Positions 35,129 through 45,090 of a stretch of DNA of 64,000 nucleotides are shown here, one piece after another (the stretch's first letter is position 1; each line of letters begins with the position of its first letter). Both the position numbers and the translations under genes were made by a program. This DNA comes from Patescibacteria group bacterium (GTDB lineage: Bacteria; Patescibacteriota; Patescibacteriia; Patescibacteriales; UBA12465). Location: positions 30,081-94,080 of the forward strand of contig JBAZBP010000001.1 in the NCBI GenBank assembly GCA_041671365.1. Reading direction: 5' to 3'. The notes under the pieces are model-generated. The model saw only the letters and a program-made list of their open reading frames with translations, was not told the origin of the DNA and did no database searches.

Positions 35129-38100
35129 TTAAATTACTCTAAATACTTCATCAATGCTAGTTTCTCCGTTTAACGCTTTTAGAACGCCGTCCTGTAGCAT
35201 AGTGATCATTCCGGTTTTAACAGCGGCAAGTTCAATGTCAAAATCCGTAACATTTTCAGTCTGGATTAATTTACGAATTTCGGAGTCCATAGTAATGGTT
35301 TCGTATAAACCCAGACGGCCCTTATAGCCTATTTGTCCACATTTATCGCAGCCAGATCCGGTATAAAATGTTAACTTATCGGGAATTTTTATTTTAGTAT
35401 TTTTTATGGTCGCTAAAATTTCTTTAACGCGTTCGAAGTCTTCCGGCTTTATCTCTGTTTCTTTTCGGCAAAAGGGGCAGATGCGACGAACCAGGCGTTG
35501 GCCAATAGTAAATTCGATGGCATTAGCCAGAGTCTGTCGATCTAAACCTAAACCGACAAAGCGAGAAATAGCGCCGGCGGCACTATTGGCGTGGATTGTG
35601 GAGAGAACTAAATGTCCGGTTAAAGAAGCTTCAATGGCTATTTTAGCGGTTTCGCTATCGCGGATTTCGCCGATCATCATGATATTAGGATTTTGACGGA
35701 GCAGTGAACGCATAGCCGAAGAAAAAGTATAGCCATGTTCTTCATCAATTTGAGTTTGCATAACGCCCGGAAGCTGATATTCGATTGGGTCTTCAACGGT
35801 AATAATTTTAACATCAGGTTTATTTAATTGATTTAAAATACTGTATAAAGTCGTAGTTTTTCCGCTACCCGTCGGGCCGGTAGTAATAATAATTCCGCGA
35901 GTTTTTTTCATGGCTAAATGCAAAGAATCCAGAGCAACGGAAGTTATGCCTAATTTGTTCATGTCTAAATTAGCGGCCGAGGAAGACAGCAGGCGAATAA
36001 CAATTGTTTCACCGTAGCCGCCGGCGATAATCGATAAACGGCAATCTATTTTGTTGGTCGGCAGATAAATAGCAAAGCGTCCGTCAAAAGTAGCGCGTTT
36101 GATATTGGTGGCTTCACCGGCTAGAATTTTTATTTCCGATAATAAAGGCAAGTAACTTGTTTTTGGTAAACTTAATATATCATGAAGAACACCGTCGATG
36201 CGGAAGCGTATTTTTACGTCCTTTTCCGTCGGTTCAATATGAATATCGCCGGCATCTCTAACAGCCCCCAAGACCATCACTAAATTAATTAATTCGCCGG
36301 TAGGAATTTCTTTAACAGCATCGGCTATTTTAGTAATATCGCTGCCCAGAGTTTCGGCTAATTGTACCTGAGCTGGCGTAATTCTGACGCCTCGTCCGAT
36401 GGTTTGAGAAATAACGACATCATATAAATCATTGATATAATCAAAATTACCGATAACCCTATAAACTTCTTCTAAAGAAGTGACCCCTTCCATAATTTTT
36501 AGAACTCCGTCCTGTAGCATAGTGATCATTCCATTTTCAATCGCCTGTTGCAATATTTTAAAAGAAGGAGCCTGGTCAATGGTTAATTGTTTTATTTTGT
36601 CGTCCAGAGTAAAAACCTCATAGATACCCATTCGTCCTTTATAACCGATAAAATTACAATCTTGGCAACCTTCCCCGACTTTGTAAATTTGCGGCAGTTT
36701 AGCTGGTACTTTCACGTTCGCTTTGGGAGAAATTACCGCCAAGATTTTATTTATTTGGTCAGCCTCTTCCGTGTTTAAGGTGTGCGGCTGACGGCAATGC
36801 GGACAAAGTTTTCTCACTAAGCGTTGGCCGATAATAATATTAATCGAGGGTACTAAAAAATAAGGTTTCACTCCCATATCCATTAAACGAGGAATAACGC
36901 CGGTAGCATCGTTGGTATGCAAAGACGATAATACTAAGTGCCCAGTAAGAGAGGCCTGAACCGATATTTCAGCAGTTTCTAGGTCGCGGATTTCGCCGAC
37001 CATTACGATATTAGGGTCTTGTCTTAAAATAGAGCGTAAACCGTCGGAAAAGGTATAACCGTGTTTTTCATTAACTTGGCTCTGGTTAATTCCCGCCAGT
37101 TGGTATTCAATTGGATCTTCCAGAGTAATTATTTTTGTTCCCGCTTGATTTAATTTATTTAGAATAGCGTATAAAGTAGTCGTTTTACCTGCTCCGGTCG
37201 GTCCTGCCGTAAGAACTAAACCATTAGGTTTGGCTAGTTCGCGGGTTAATATCGGCATGATTTCTGGTCTAATTCCTAAATCGCCGAACCCAAGTGCGGC
37301 CGAGGCCGGATCAAGTATGCGCATAACTACGCTTTCTCCATAAGCGGTTGGCAGGAAAGAACAACGAACATCAATTTTCTTATCTTTTAAATAGATAGTA
37401 TAACGTCCGTCCTGCGGCTGGTTGCTGATGTTAATTTTAACGCGCGCTAAAATTTTTAAGCGAGAAATAATTTTACTCCATTTTTCTCGACTAATGACCG
37501 CTGCCTCTTGCAGGACGCCGTCGATTCTGATTCTGACCGCTACGCCGTTTTCTCCCGCTTCGATATGAATATCGCTGCCGTTAACCTTTAAGGCGGTGGC
37601 CAGCATCAGGGTGACAATATCGGTAATATTGACTTCGTTAATTTTTTGATTGAGATTTTTATAATTACTGATTGCCTCTTGAAACTTTTTTAAATTGTCT
37701 TCATTTATTTCTACGCCGCTTTCATATTTTTTAATTTTTGGTAAAGCCTTGTAGGCTTTTAGAGCGGTCTCTAGGCTTAACTCGGAAATCAGGTAAAGTT
37801 TGGCCGTCGCGAAGTATTGATCGCTTAATCTGGTTACCTCTTCTTTGACTTCGGAACTAGGAGCTAAACAGCCAAAACGGATATTTTTTCCGTCGTAATA
37901 AAAACAAACCAGATTAATCTCTCTAGCTCGTTCTTCCTGGATTGAGACCAGAGCTTCGGGGCTAATAGGAAATCCGGCTAAATTTACATAATCCAGTCCA
38001 AGCTGTTGAGCGGTCTGTTTAGTCTGTTTTTCAATTTCTTTGATTTTTATTTCTGTTTGTTTTATAGCAAAACGACCGGCGACGCTTTCTTCGTCATCGG

Positions 38101-38140
38101 TCGGATGCATTAAATTTTGAATTGAGGAGAAGTCACTCAT
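35129..38140 (-). CDS. Tandem double GspE/PilB-type secretion ATPase (two complete ATPase units in one polypeptide)
   Basis: 1003-aa ORF with two Walker A motifs (GPTGAGKTTT, GPTGSGKTTT). Each is followed by Asp-box, Walker B and His-box regions and its own tetracysteine motif (CPHC...CQDC and CPFC...CDKC). Confidence 0.85.
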   Translation of the reverse strand: MSDFSSIQNLMHPTDDEESVAGRFAIKQTEIKIKEIEKQTKQTAQQLGLDYVNLAGFPISPEALVSIQEERAREINLVCFYYDGKNIRFGCLAPSSEVKEEVTRLSDQYFATAKLYLISELSLETALKAYKALPKIKKYESGVEINEDNLKKFQEAISNYKNLNQKINEVNITDIVTLMLATALKVNGSDIHIEAGENGVAVRIRIDGVLQEAAVISREKWSKIISRLKILARVKINISNQPQDGRYTIYLKDKKIDVRCSFLPTAYGESVVMRILDPASAALGFGDLGIRPEIMPILTRELAKPNGLVLTAGPTGAGKTTTLYAILNKLNQAGTKIITLEDPIEYQLAGINQSQVNEKHGYTFSDGLRSILRQDPNIVMVGEIRDLETAEISVQASLTGHLVLSSLHTNDATGVIPRLMDMGVKPYFLVPSINIIIGQRLVRKLCPHCRQPHTLNTEEADQINKILAVISPKANVKVPAKLPQIYKVGEGCQDCNFIGYKGRMGIYEVFTLDDKIKQLTIDQAPSFKILQQAIENGMITMLQDGVLKIMEGVTSLEEVYRVIGNFDYINDLYDVVISQTIGRGVRITPAQVQLAETLGSDITKIADAVKEIPTGELINLVMVLGAVRDAGDIHIEPTEKDVKIRFRIDGVLHDILSLPKTSYLPLLSEIKILAGEATNIKRATFDGRFAIYLPTNKIDCRLSIIAGGYGETIVIRLLSSSAANLDMNKLGITSVALDSLHLAMKKTRGIIITTGPTGSGKTTTLYSILNQLNKPDVKIITVEDPIEYQLPGVMQTQIDEEHGYTFSSAMRSLLRQNPNIMMIGEIRDSETAKIAIEASLTGHLVLSTIHANSAAGAISRFVGLGLDRQTLANAIEFTIGQRLVRRICPFCRKETEIKPEDFERVKEILATIKNTKIKIPDKLTFYTGSGCDKCGQIGYKGRLGLYETITMDSEIRKLIQTENVTDFDIELAAVKTGMITMLQDGVLKALNGETSIDEVFRVI

Positions 38141-38157
38141 AAAAGTACGGAATGGAG

Positions 38158-39138
38158 TTATTCTTGACGGTTAAAGAGTCTCTCTAATTTAGCGATGCCG
38201 CCTTTATCATTCAAACGTAAAAATAGGCTGGTCCAGGTTGCTATTTGGAAGGACGTTAGAGCTGAGCCGAAAATTACGATAATAATTAGAGCGAAAAATA
38301 TTATTAAGGTCGTCAACCAGGTCAGGTTTAATATTAGCCCCAGCAGCAATAAGGGGAGCAATAAAAGAGATAAGATTATCAAAATCAGGCCGCTGGCCAG
38401 GAAATTTATAATAAACAGAATAACCCCCATTTCCAGACTAATTAGCCAATTGTTTTTAAACAAGACAGCACCTTTTTCTAAAGAAACTATAAAAGAATAA
38501 TTATTCAAGACTCGATAGGCGATCACATAATTGATCATTAAAGATGAGCCCATCGATATTGGCACAAAAATTACAAATAAAATAGTATAAATGACCGCCA
38601 AAATTGACAGGTCTTTAATTGCTAAGAAAAGAAGCGGTAAGCTTATAATAAAGAAGATAAAAGCGGTTATGACCTTGATTGTTAAGTTTAGGCTTAAAAC
38701 TGACCAAAAATGATCGTGTCCGGCGGTCAGGCTGTCGCGTAAACTTAATTTTTGTTCCTTTTTTTTATTATTTAAGATTTTTTTGACGTCATAAATTAAT
38801 CCTGCCTGAGAAACGACCGCTAACCAGATAAAAAAACAAAGAATCGCGACTGTAATTAGCAGGGCGGAAAAAATATTGATGATCGTCAAAAAATCATATT
38901 GGAATAAATTTACAATTCCTAATAAAAAATTTTTTGCCAAATCACTAATTGCCAGAACGCTACTTAATTGATAATAAGAGCTGTTAATCAGGCCTTGATT
39001 TAAGCTTTGGCTCAACATCTGATATTCCCAGGCGCCGCCGCCGGTGACTAAGGCGGCAAATAACCCTAAAAACCAGAGATATTTATTTCGCCAAGTAATT
39101 ATCCAAGCTTGTTTTAATAAAGAGCGGTAAGAAAACAT
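38158..39138 (-). CDS. Polytopic membrane protein, unknown function
   Basis: 326-aa ORF with at least six hydrophobic helices, immediately downstream of the double ATPase. Confidence 0.55.
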   Translation of the reverse strand: MFSYRSLLKQAWIITWRNKYLWFLGLFAALVTGGGAWEYQMLSQSLNQGLINSSYYQLSSVLAISDLAKNFLLGIVNLFQYDFLTIINIFSALLITVAILCFFIWLAVVSQAGLIYDVKKILNNKKKEQKLSLRDSLTAGHDHFWSVLSLNLTIKVITAFIFFIISLPLLFLAIKDLSILAVIYTILFVIFVPISMGSSLMINYVIAYRVLNNYSFIVSLEKGAVLFKNNWLISLEMGVILFIINFLASGLILIILSLLLLPLLLLGLILNLTWLTTLIIFFALIIIVIFGSALTSFQIATWTSLFLRLNDKGGIAKLERLFNRQE

Positions 39139-39268
39139 ACATTTAAAAATTATTTTTTATTATTAACTTATTAAATTTTTATTATTTAAAATTTCTTGAA
39201 AAATCTAGTAAAGTCTGATAATATTATAACATAATTTTTTAATTAATACCAAGCATTAATACCTGTAT

Positions 39269-40495
39269 ATGTCTAAAGTTATTACGGACAAAAAACTAGT
39301 GGCGGAACTTTTAACCCGTGGAGTAGAAAGGGTTTATCCTAATTACCAAGAATTGGAAAAAAAATTGTTAAGCGGTGAGCGCCTGCGTTTATACTGTGGT
39401 TATGACCCGACGGCGCCCGCTTTACACGTCGGTAATGCTATTTCTATTAATAAATTAGGACAATTTCAAGCCTTAGGTCATGAGATAATATTTTTGATTG
39501 GTGATTTTACCGGGTTAATCGGTGATCCGACCGATAAAAAAGCGGCGCGGAAAAAAATGAGCCGAGAAGAAGTTTTGCGTAATGCCCGCGATTATCAGCA
39601 GCAAGCCTCCGCTTATTTAAAGTTTGATGGGGAGAATGCGGCTAAAATTATGTATAATAGCGCCTGGAATGATAAACTAAATTTTAAAAGTCTAATTGAA
39701 TTAGCTTCCAATTTTACGGTGCAGCAGATGATAACTCGCGATATGTTCCAGGAAAGATTAAAAGAGGAAAAACCGATTTATTTACATGAATTTTTGTATC
39801 CGTTGACTCAGGCTTATGACAGCGTCGTTATGGATGTAGATTTGGAAATTGGCGGCAACGATCAAATGTTTAATATGATGTGCGGCCGAGATTTATTAAA
39901 AATTTTGAAAAATAAAGAGAAATTTGTTTTGACCATGAAGTTGTTGGCGGATGAAGATGGTAAAAAAATGGGAAAAAGCGAAGGCAATGTAGTTTTTTTG
40001 AATGAAAGTCCGGATAATATGTACGGCCAAGTAATGTCTTGGCCGGACGGAGCAATCGGTTCGGCTTTTGAACTATGCACTAATGTGCCGCTGAGTGAAG
40101 TAACTAATATAGTTAAGAATTTAGCAACAGGCCAGGTTAATCCGCGTGATTTAAAAATGAAATTAGCTCTGGAGATTACCAGAATAAATCATGGAGAAAA
40201 ATTAGCCCAAGAAGCGCAGGAAAATTTTATTAAAACCATCCAGAAAAAAGAAATGCCGACGGACATCAAATCATGGCCGGTGACCAGAAATAAGTATAGT
40301 TTAGTTGATTTGCTGGTGGAAACAAAACTAGTTAATACCAAGAGTGAAGCGCGGCGCTTAATTGAACAGGGGGCGATTAAGTTGCAAGAAAACGGAGAAT
40401 TTATTGTGGTCAAAGACATTAAAAAAGAGGTTGTTATTAAATCAGAATTGATTATTTCTCGCGGTAAATTTCATTTTATTAAAGTAGTTTGCTAA
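39269..40495 (+). CDS. tyrS: Tyrosyl-tRNA synthetase
   Basis: HVGN (HIGH-type) and KMGKS motifs. C-terminal S4-like domain. Confidence 0.9.
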   Translation: MSKVITDKKLVAELLTRGVERVYPNYQELEKKLLSGERLRLYCGYDPTAPALHVGNAISINKLGQFQALGHEIIFLIGDFTGLIGDPTDKKAARKKMSREEVLRNARDYQQQASAYLKFDGENAAKIMYNSAWNDKLNFKSLIELASNFTVQQMITRDMFQERLKEEKPIYLHEFLYPLTQAYDSVVMDVDLEIGGNDQMFNMMCGRDLLKILKNKEKFVLTMKLLADEDGKKMGKSEGNVVFLNESPDNMYGQVMSWPDGAIGSAFELCTNVPLSEVTNIVKNLATGQVNPRDLKMKLALEITRINHGEKLAQEAQENFIKTIQKKEMPTDIKSWPVTRNKYSLVDLLVETKLVNTKSEARRLIEQGAIKLQENGEFIVVKDIKKEVVIKSELIISRGKFHFIKVVC

Positions 40496-40541
40496 GGTGA
40501 TTGGAAATAGTCATATCTATTTTCAAGATTATTAAGGTTAT

Positions 40542-42236
40542 ATGGTGTTAGAAGAATTAAAATTAAAAATTATAACTGCCCTAAAATTAGAATCGGCGGT
40601 TTTCTCTTATCCGCCCAGCTTAGACTTAGGGGATTTAAGTTTAGCTTGTTTTGATTTAGCTAAGATTCGTAAAATTAATCCAGTCATATTAGCTCAGGAG
40701 CTAAGCGTTAGTTTAAAAAATAATTTAGAATTAAAATCATATTTTTTAGATATTAAAGCCGTCGGCCCCTATTTGAATTTTTTTATTTCTCCCGAATATT
40801 TAGCGGTAGAAATTGTTGAGGCGGTTAAAAAAGAAAAAAATAATTATGGTATTAATAAAATTGGCCATGGCCAACGAGTGATGATTGAATATTCTAACGG
40901 TAATACTCATAAAGAATATCATGTCGGCCATTTGCGAAACATCTCTTATGGCGATGCCATTAATAATTTATTAAACGCCAACGGTTATTGTTCCGTGCCG
41001 GTTTCTTATATTAATGATTTTGGTATTCATGTCGCTAAAACTATTTGGAATTGGCGCCGTGATCCGGTTTATGCTGAGCGGCCGGAACCGCGGGGCTATT
41101 TATTGGGACGTTGCTATGCTAAGGCCAGTAAACTTTTAGAGGATAATCCTGATGGTAAATCCGAAGTCACGGCAATAATGAAAGAAATTGAAAATCGGCA
41201 GGGAGAAAATTATAAATTTTGGCAGATTTCCCGGCAATGGAGTATCGAATATTTCGATTCTATTTATAAAGAACTGGGAATTAAGTTTAAAAATATATTT
41301 TACGAGAGTGAAGCGGTCGATGCCGGATTGGCAATAGTCAAAGATTTAATTTCTCAAGGAATATTGAGAAAAAGTGAAGGAGCAATTATCGCCGATTTAG
41401 AAAAATATGATTTAGGCGTGTTGCCGGTTATTAGAACTAATGGCACGGCATTATATGCAGTAGCCGATTTAGCACTCGCTTCGGAAAAATTTAATAAATA
41501 TAATTTGGATCAGTCGATTTACGTTGTCGATGTTCGTCAAAGTTTATATTTTCAACAATTATTTAAAATTTTAGAGTTAATCGGTTATAATAAGCCGATG
41601 GTTCATTTAACCTATGACTTTGTGACCTTACCGGACGGGATGATGTCATCGCGGACCGGCAATGTTATTACTTATCAAGAACTGAAAGATCGAGTAGCGG
41701 CTAAACTATTAGAAGAAACCAAAAAACGGCATACTGACTGGAAAGACAAGCGGATTCAAGCCGTAGTTAATAATTTAACCCTAGCGACGATTAAATTTGA
41801 AATGCTTAAAGTTAGCGCCGATAAAATTATTACTTTTAACATCGAAGAAGCCGCCAAATTTGACGGTTATACCGCTTGCTATATACAATACAGTTACGCG
41901 CGGTTAAAAAGTATTGTTCGCAAGGGCGGTTTAAATATTTTATCGGGTAAATTAGATTTAACAGAATTAAAAGATTCTAAAGAAAGATCTTTGCTCTTAA
42001 AAATTGCCAAGTATCCGGAAATAGTAAAAATAGCAGCGATGAAATATAATCCCAGTGAGTTGACTAAGTATTTGTTTGAACTAGCACAACTGTCTAATGA
42101 TTATTATCATGAAGTGAATATTTTAAAGTCTGAAATGAAAATTAAAAAAGCTCGGCTAGCCCTGATCGAGGCCATTGCCCAGGTTTTAACCAATGGTTTT
42201 AGTATTTTAGGAATAAAAGTTTTAGAAGAAATGTAA
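40542..42236 (+). CDS. argS: Arginyl-tRNA synthetase
   Basis: 564 aa. SNGNTHKEYHVGHLRN (HIGH region) and a C-terminal DALR anticodon-binding pattern ending in M. Confidence 0.9.
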   Translation: MVLEELKLKIITALKLESAVFSYPPSLDLGDLSLACFDLAKIRKINPVILAQELSVSLKNNLELKSYFLDIKAVGPYLNFFISPEYLAVEIVEAVKKEKNNYGINKIGHGQRVMIEYSNGNTHKEYHVGHLRNISYGDAINNLLNANGYCSVPVSYINDFGIHVAKTIWNWRRDPVYAERPEPRGYLLGRCYAKASKLLEDNPDGKSEVTAIMKEIENRQGENYKFWQISRQWSIEYFDSIYKELGIKFKNIFYESEAVDAGLAIVKDLISQGILRKSEGAIIADLEKYDLGVLPVIRTNGTALYAVADLALASEKFNKYNLDQSIYVVDVRQSLYFQQLFKILELIGYNKPMVHLTYDFVTLPDGMMSSRTGNVITYQELKDRVAAKLLEETKKRHTDWKDKRIQAVVNNLTLATIKFEMLKVSADKIITFNIEEAAKFDGYTACYIQYSYARLKSIVRKGGLNILSGKLDLTELKDSKERSLLLKIAKYPEIVKIAAMKYNPSELTKYLFELAQLSNDYYHEVNILKSEMKIKKARLALIEAIAQVLTNGFSILGIKVLEEM

Positions 42237-42262
42237 TTCGCCGGTCGGCGGAATAAACACCT

Positions 42263-43678
42263 ATGAAAAAATCAGAAAACGACAATTCATTGGATAAAAT
42301 TGTTTCGCTGTGCAAGCGCCGCGGATTTGTTTTTCCGTCTTCGGAAATTTATGACGGCTTTACGGCCGTTTATGATCTCGGTCCGTATGGCGTGGAATTG
42401 GCTAATAATATTAAAACGGAATGGTGGAAGACTATGACCCAGCTGCGCGATGATGTTGTCGGTTTAGATTCCGCTATTTTTATGAGTCCTAAAATCTGGG
42501 AGGCTTCGGGACACGTTAAGGGTTTTTCTGATCCACTGACGGAATGCAAGAAATGCCACATGCGTTTGCGCCTGGATGCACTTTTGGAAGAGGCGGAAGT
42601 TTTTGCCGATGAAAAAATGACGGAAGAAGAAATTAATCAGATTTTTGAAAAAAATCGAGAAAAAATAAAATGTCCGACTTGCGGTTCTCAAGATTTTACT
42701 CCGGGAAAAAAATTTAATTTATTAGTCCAGTCTAATTTAGGAAATTTTACCGGCGACTGGACGAAAGAGCCAACCTATTTACGCGGTGAAACTTGCCAGG
42801 GTATTTATGTTAATTTTAAAAATGTTTTAGATTCGACACGTGTTAAGATTCCCTTTGGCATCGCGCAAATCGGTAAAGCTTTTCGAAATGAAATTACCGC
42901 CCGGCAATTTATTTTTCGAACGCGTGAATTTGAACAGATGGAATTGCAATATTTTATCAAACCGGGCGATGATCAAAAATATTTTGACTATTGGAAGGCA
43001 ACGCGCTGGCAGTTTTATTTGGATTTAGGAATTAAAGCCGAAAATTTAAAATGGCATAAACATGATAATTTAGTCTTTTATGCAAAAGACGCTTATGATA
43101 TTGAATATAATTATCCGTTTGGTTTTAAAGAGCTGGAAGGCATTCATGCTCGCGGTGATTATGATTTGACTCAGCATAGTAAATTTTCCGGGCAGGATTT
43201 GAATTATTTGGATCCGGTCACTAATCAAAAATTTATGCCGCATATTGTCGAAACATCGGTCGGTGTCGGGCGGACTTTTTTAGCGGTTTTATGCGAAGCA
43301 TATCGGGAAGAGGAGGTTTTGGCTGAAAACGGCAAATCGAAAGAACCAAAAGATAGCCGGATAGTTTTAAAATTAATTCCTAAGTTGGCCCCGATTAAAA
43401 TTGCGGTTTTCCCCCTTTTAAAAAATAAACCGGAGTTAGTGGAAAGGGCTCGGAGTATTTATGATAGCTTGAAATTGAAATGGCGTTGTGAATTCGATGA
43501 TAACGGAAATATTGGTAAGCGTTATCGCCGACAAGATGAAATCGGCACCCCGTATTGCTTAACGATTGATTTTGATACCTTAGAAAATAACCAAGTTACG
43601 GTGCGCGATCGCGATACTATGAAGCAGTCGAGAATTGATATAGCCGAACTGCAGAATTTTTTTCAGGACAAATTTTAA
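42263..43678 (+). CDS. glyQS: Glycyl-tRNA synthetase (dimeric class II, GlyQS type)
   Basis: KRRGFVFPSSEIYDG start region, class II motifs and a C-terminal anticodon-binding domain. Confidence 0.9.
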   Translation: MKKSENDNSLDKIVSLCKRRGFVFPSSEIYDGFTAVYDLGPYGVELANNIKTEWWKTMTQLRDDVVGLDSAIFMSPKIWEASGHVKGFSDPLTECKKCHMRLRLDALLEEAEVFADEKMTEEEINQIFEKNREKIKCPTCGSQDFTPGKKFNLLVQSNLGNFTGDWTKEPTYLRGETCQGIYVNFKNVLDSTRVKIPFGIAQIGKAFRNEITARQFIFRTREFEQMELQYFIKPGDDQKYFDYWKATRWQFYLDLGIKAENLKWHKHDNLVFYAKDAYDIEYNYPFGFKELEGIHARGDYDLTQHSKFSGQDLNYLDPVTNQKFMPHIVETSVGVGRTFLAVLCEAYREEEVLAENGKSKEPKDSRIVLKLIPKLAPIKIAVFPLLKNKPELVERARSIYDSLKLKWRCEFDDNGNIGKRYRRQDEIGTPYCLTIDFDTLENNQVTVRDRDTMKQSRIDIAELQNFFQDKF

Positions 43679-43715
43679 AATGATCTGAAAAAAATTTAAA
43701 GAAAAAAGAAAAAAT

Positions 43716-43757
43716 AAAAAATCCATTGCTCTCGGAATCGAGCAGTGGATTTTTTTA
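43716..43757 (+). terminator. Rho-independent terminator after glyQS
   Basis: 11-bp stem atccattgctc / gagcagtggat followed by T7. Confidence 0.7.
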
Positions 43758-43775
43758 TAAAAAATAAAAAAACTA

Positions 43776-43804
43776 TTGCTACTTATTTTAATTAGTTCTA
43801 TAAT
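43776..43804 (+). promoter_or_regulatory. Sigma-70-like promoter for the small basic protein gene
   Basis: TTGCTA, 17-nt spacer, TATAAT (43799-43804). Confidence 0.5.
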
Positions 43805-43885
43805 ATAAGCAAGAAGATAATTTTTTTAATTTAAAAAAATTAATCGTAAGAATTTAGAATTTATTTTAAGAGAGGGGGTGAATTT

Positions 43886-44008
43886 ATGAAAAAGAAAGCT
43901 GCAAAAAAAGCGGTGAAAAAAGTTGCCAAAAAAAAGGTGGCCAAAAAAGTAGTAAAAAAGGTGGTAAAAAAAGTTAAAAAGGCCGTCAAAAAAGGTAAAA
44001 AAAGATAA
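43886..44008 (+). CDS. 40-aa lysine/alanine/valine-rich basic protein (histone-H1-like repeats); not in the ORF track
   Basis: ATG at 43886, 7 nt after GGGGGTG. Hand translation: MKKKAAKKAVKKVAKKKVAKKVVKKVVKKVKKAVKKGKKR, stop. Own promoter and terminator. Confidence 0.6.
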   Translation: MKKKAAKKAVKKVAKKKVAKKVVKKVVKKVKKAVKKGKKR

Positions 44009-44032
44009 TGACTTTTTAAATTGTATAAAAAT

Positions 44033-44063
44033 CGCTCGGTTTTAGGCCGAGCGGTTTTTGTTT
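44033..44063 (+). terminator. Rho-independent terminator after the small basic protein gene
   Basis: Stem cgctcgg / ccgagcg followed by a T-run. Confidence 0.65.
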
Positions 44064-44125
44064 GGCTTTATTTTTTCTTCATCTCTGATTTTATATAATA
44101 AGTCAAGATTTTATCCGGTAAATCT

Positions 44126-44965
44126 ATGCTTAAATCAGGCCAAAAAAAATTTCTAAATAAAAATGGCTGTTTAGCGATTATTAGTTTTTGTTTTTTATTT
44201 TTAATAATCATTTTTTATTTTTATTATCGGTCCCGAAAATTAACACTTAATTTTTTTGATGTCGGTCAAGGAGACTCGGCTTTAATTACCACACCCGGCG
44301 GCCTGGTAATTTTAATCGATGGCGGACCGGACAATACAATTCTGCGCCGCCTCGGAGACAGCTTGCCTTTTTATCGACGACGAATTGATTTAATTATTTT
44401 CAGTCATTACCATGATGACCACATAACGGGTTTAGTCGAAGTTCTCAAGAGATACCAAATTAAACAAATAATTTATGCTTCCGGTGTTTTTGAGTCTCCA
44501 GTTTTAGAAACGTTATTGCGGGTTGCGCAAGAACAAAAAATTAAGCTGAGCTCGATAGTCTCCACCTCACAACTGAATTTAGGAACTGATTGTTTATTAA
44601 ATTTTTTAAATCCCCGGTTTTTGGGAGTAAAAGAGGATCAGAATAATTCATTGGTGGTTAAATTAGCTTGTGTCGGTAAAAATTTTTTGTTTACTGGTGA
44701 TAATAGCGCGGCCGTAGAAAAAGCCTTAATTAGTTTTCATTGGGATTTAAAGGCTTTAGTTTTTAAAGCGGCCCATCATGCCTCTAACAGCGCGAATAGT
44801 GAAGAATTTTTGCGGGCCGTCAATCCTCAATTAATTATTATATCCGTCGGGGTAGACAATAGATTCGGGCACCCTAGCCCAATTATTCTAGCGCGTTTAA
44901 CCGAACTAGGAATAAAATTTAAACGAACTGATCAATCCGGTAGCCTTAAAATTATTACACCTTAA
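44126..44965 (+). CDS. ComEC/Rec2-related metallo-beta-lactamase domain protein
   Basis: N-terminal membrane anchor, FFDVGQGDSALI and HYHDDH motifs of the ComEC C-terminal MBL domain. Confidence 0.7.
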   Translation: MLKSGQKKFLNKNGCLAIISFCFLFLIIIFYFYYRSRKLTLNFFDVGQGDSALITTPGGLVILIDGGPDNTILRRLGDSLPFYRRRIDLIIFSHYHDDHITGLVEVLKRYQIKQIIYASGVFESPVLETLLRVAQEQKIKLSSIVSTSQLNLGTDCLLNFLNPRFLGVKEDQNNSLVVKLACVGKNFLFTGDNSAAVEKALISFHWDLKALVFKAAHHASNSANSEEFLRAVNPQLIIISVGVDNRFGHPSPIILARLTELGIKFKRTDQSGSLKIITP

Positions 44966-45090
44966 GGATAAACCGAGTTTTAAAATAGGTTTTTTCTGAT
45001 TTTTTGGTTAATTTTTCAGGTTGACCGTCGAGCCTAAGTTTGTTATTATAAATATAAGGTTTATTGACCTATTTTTATTGTTAAAGATAT

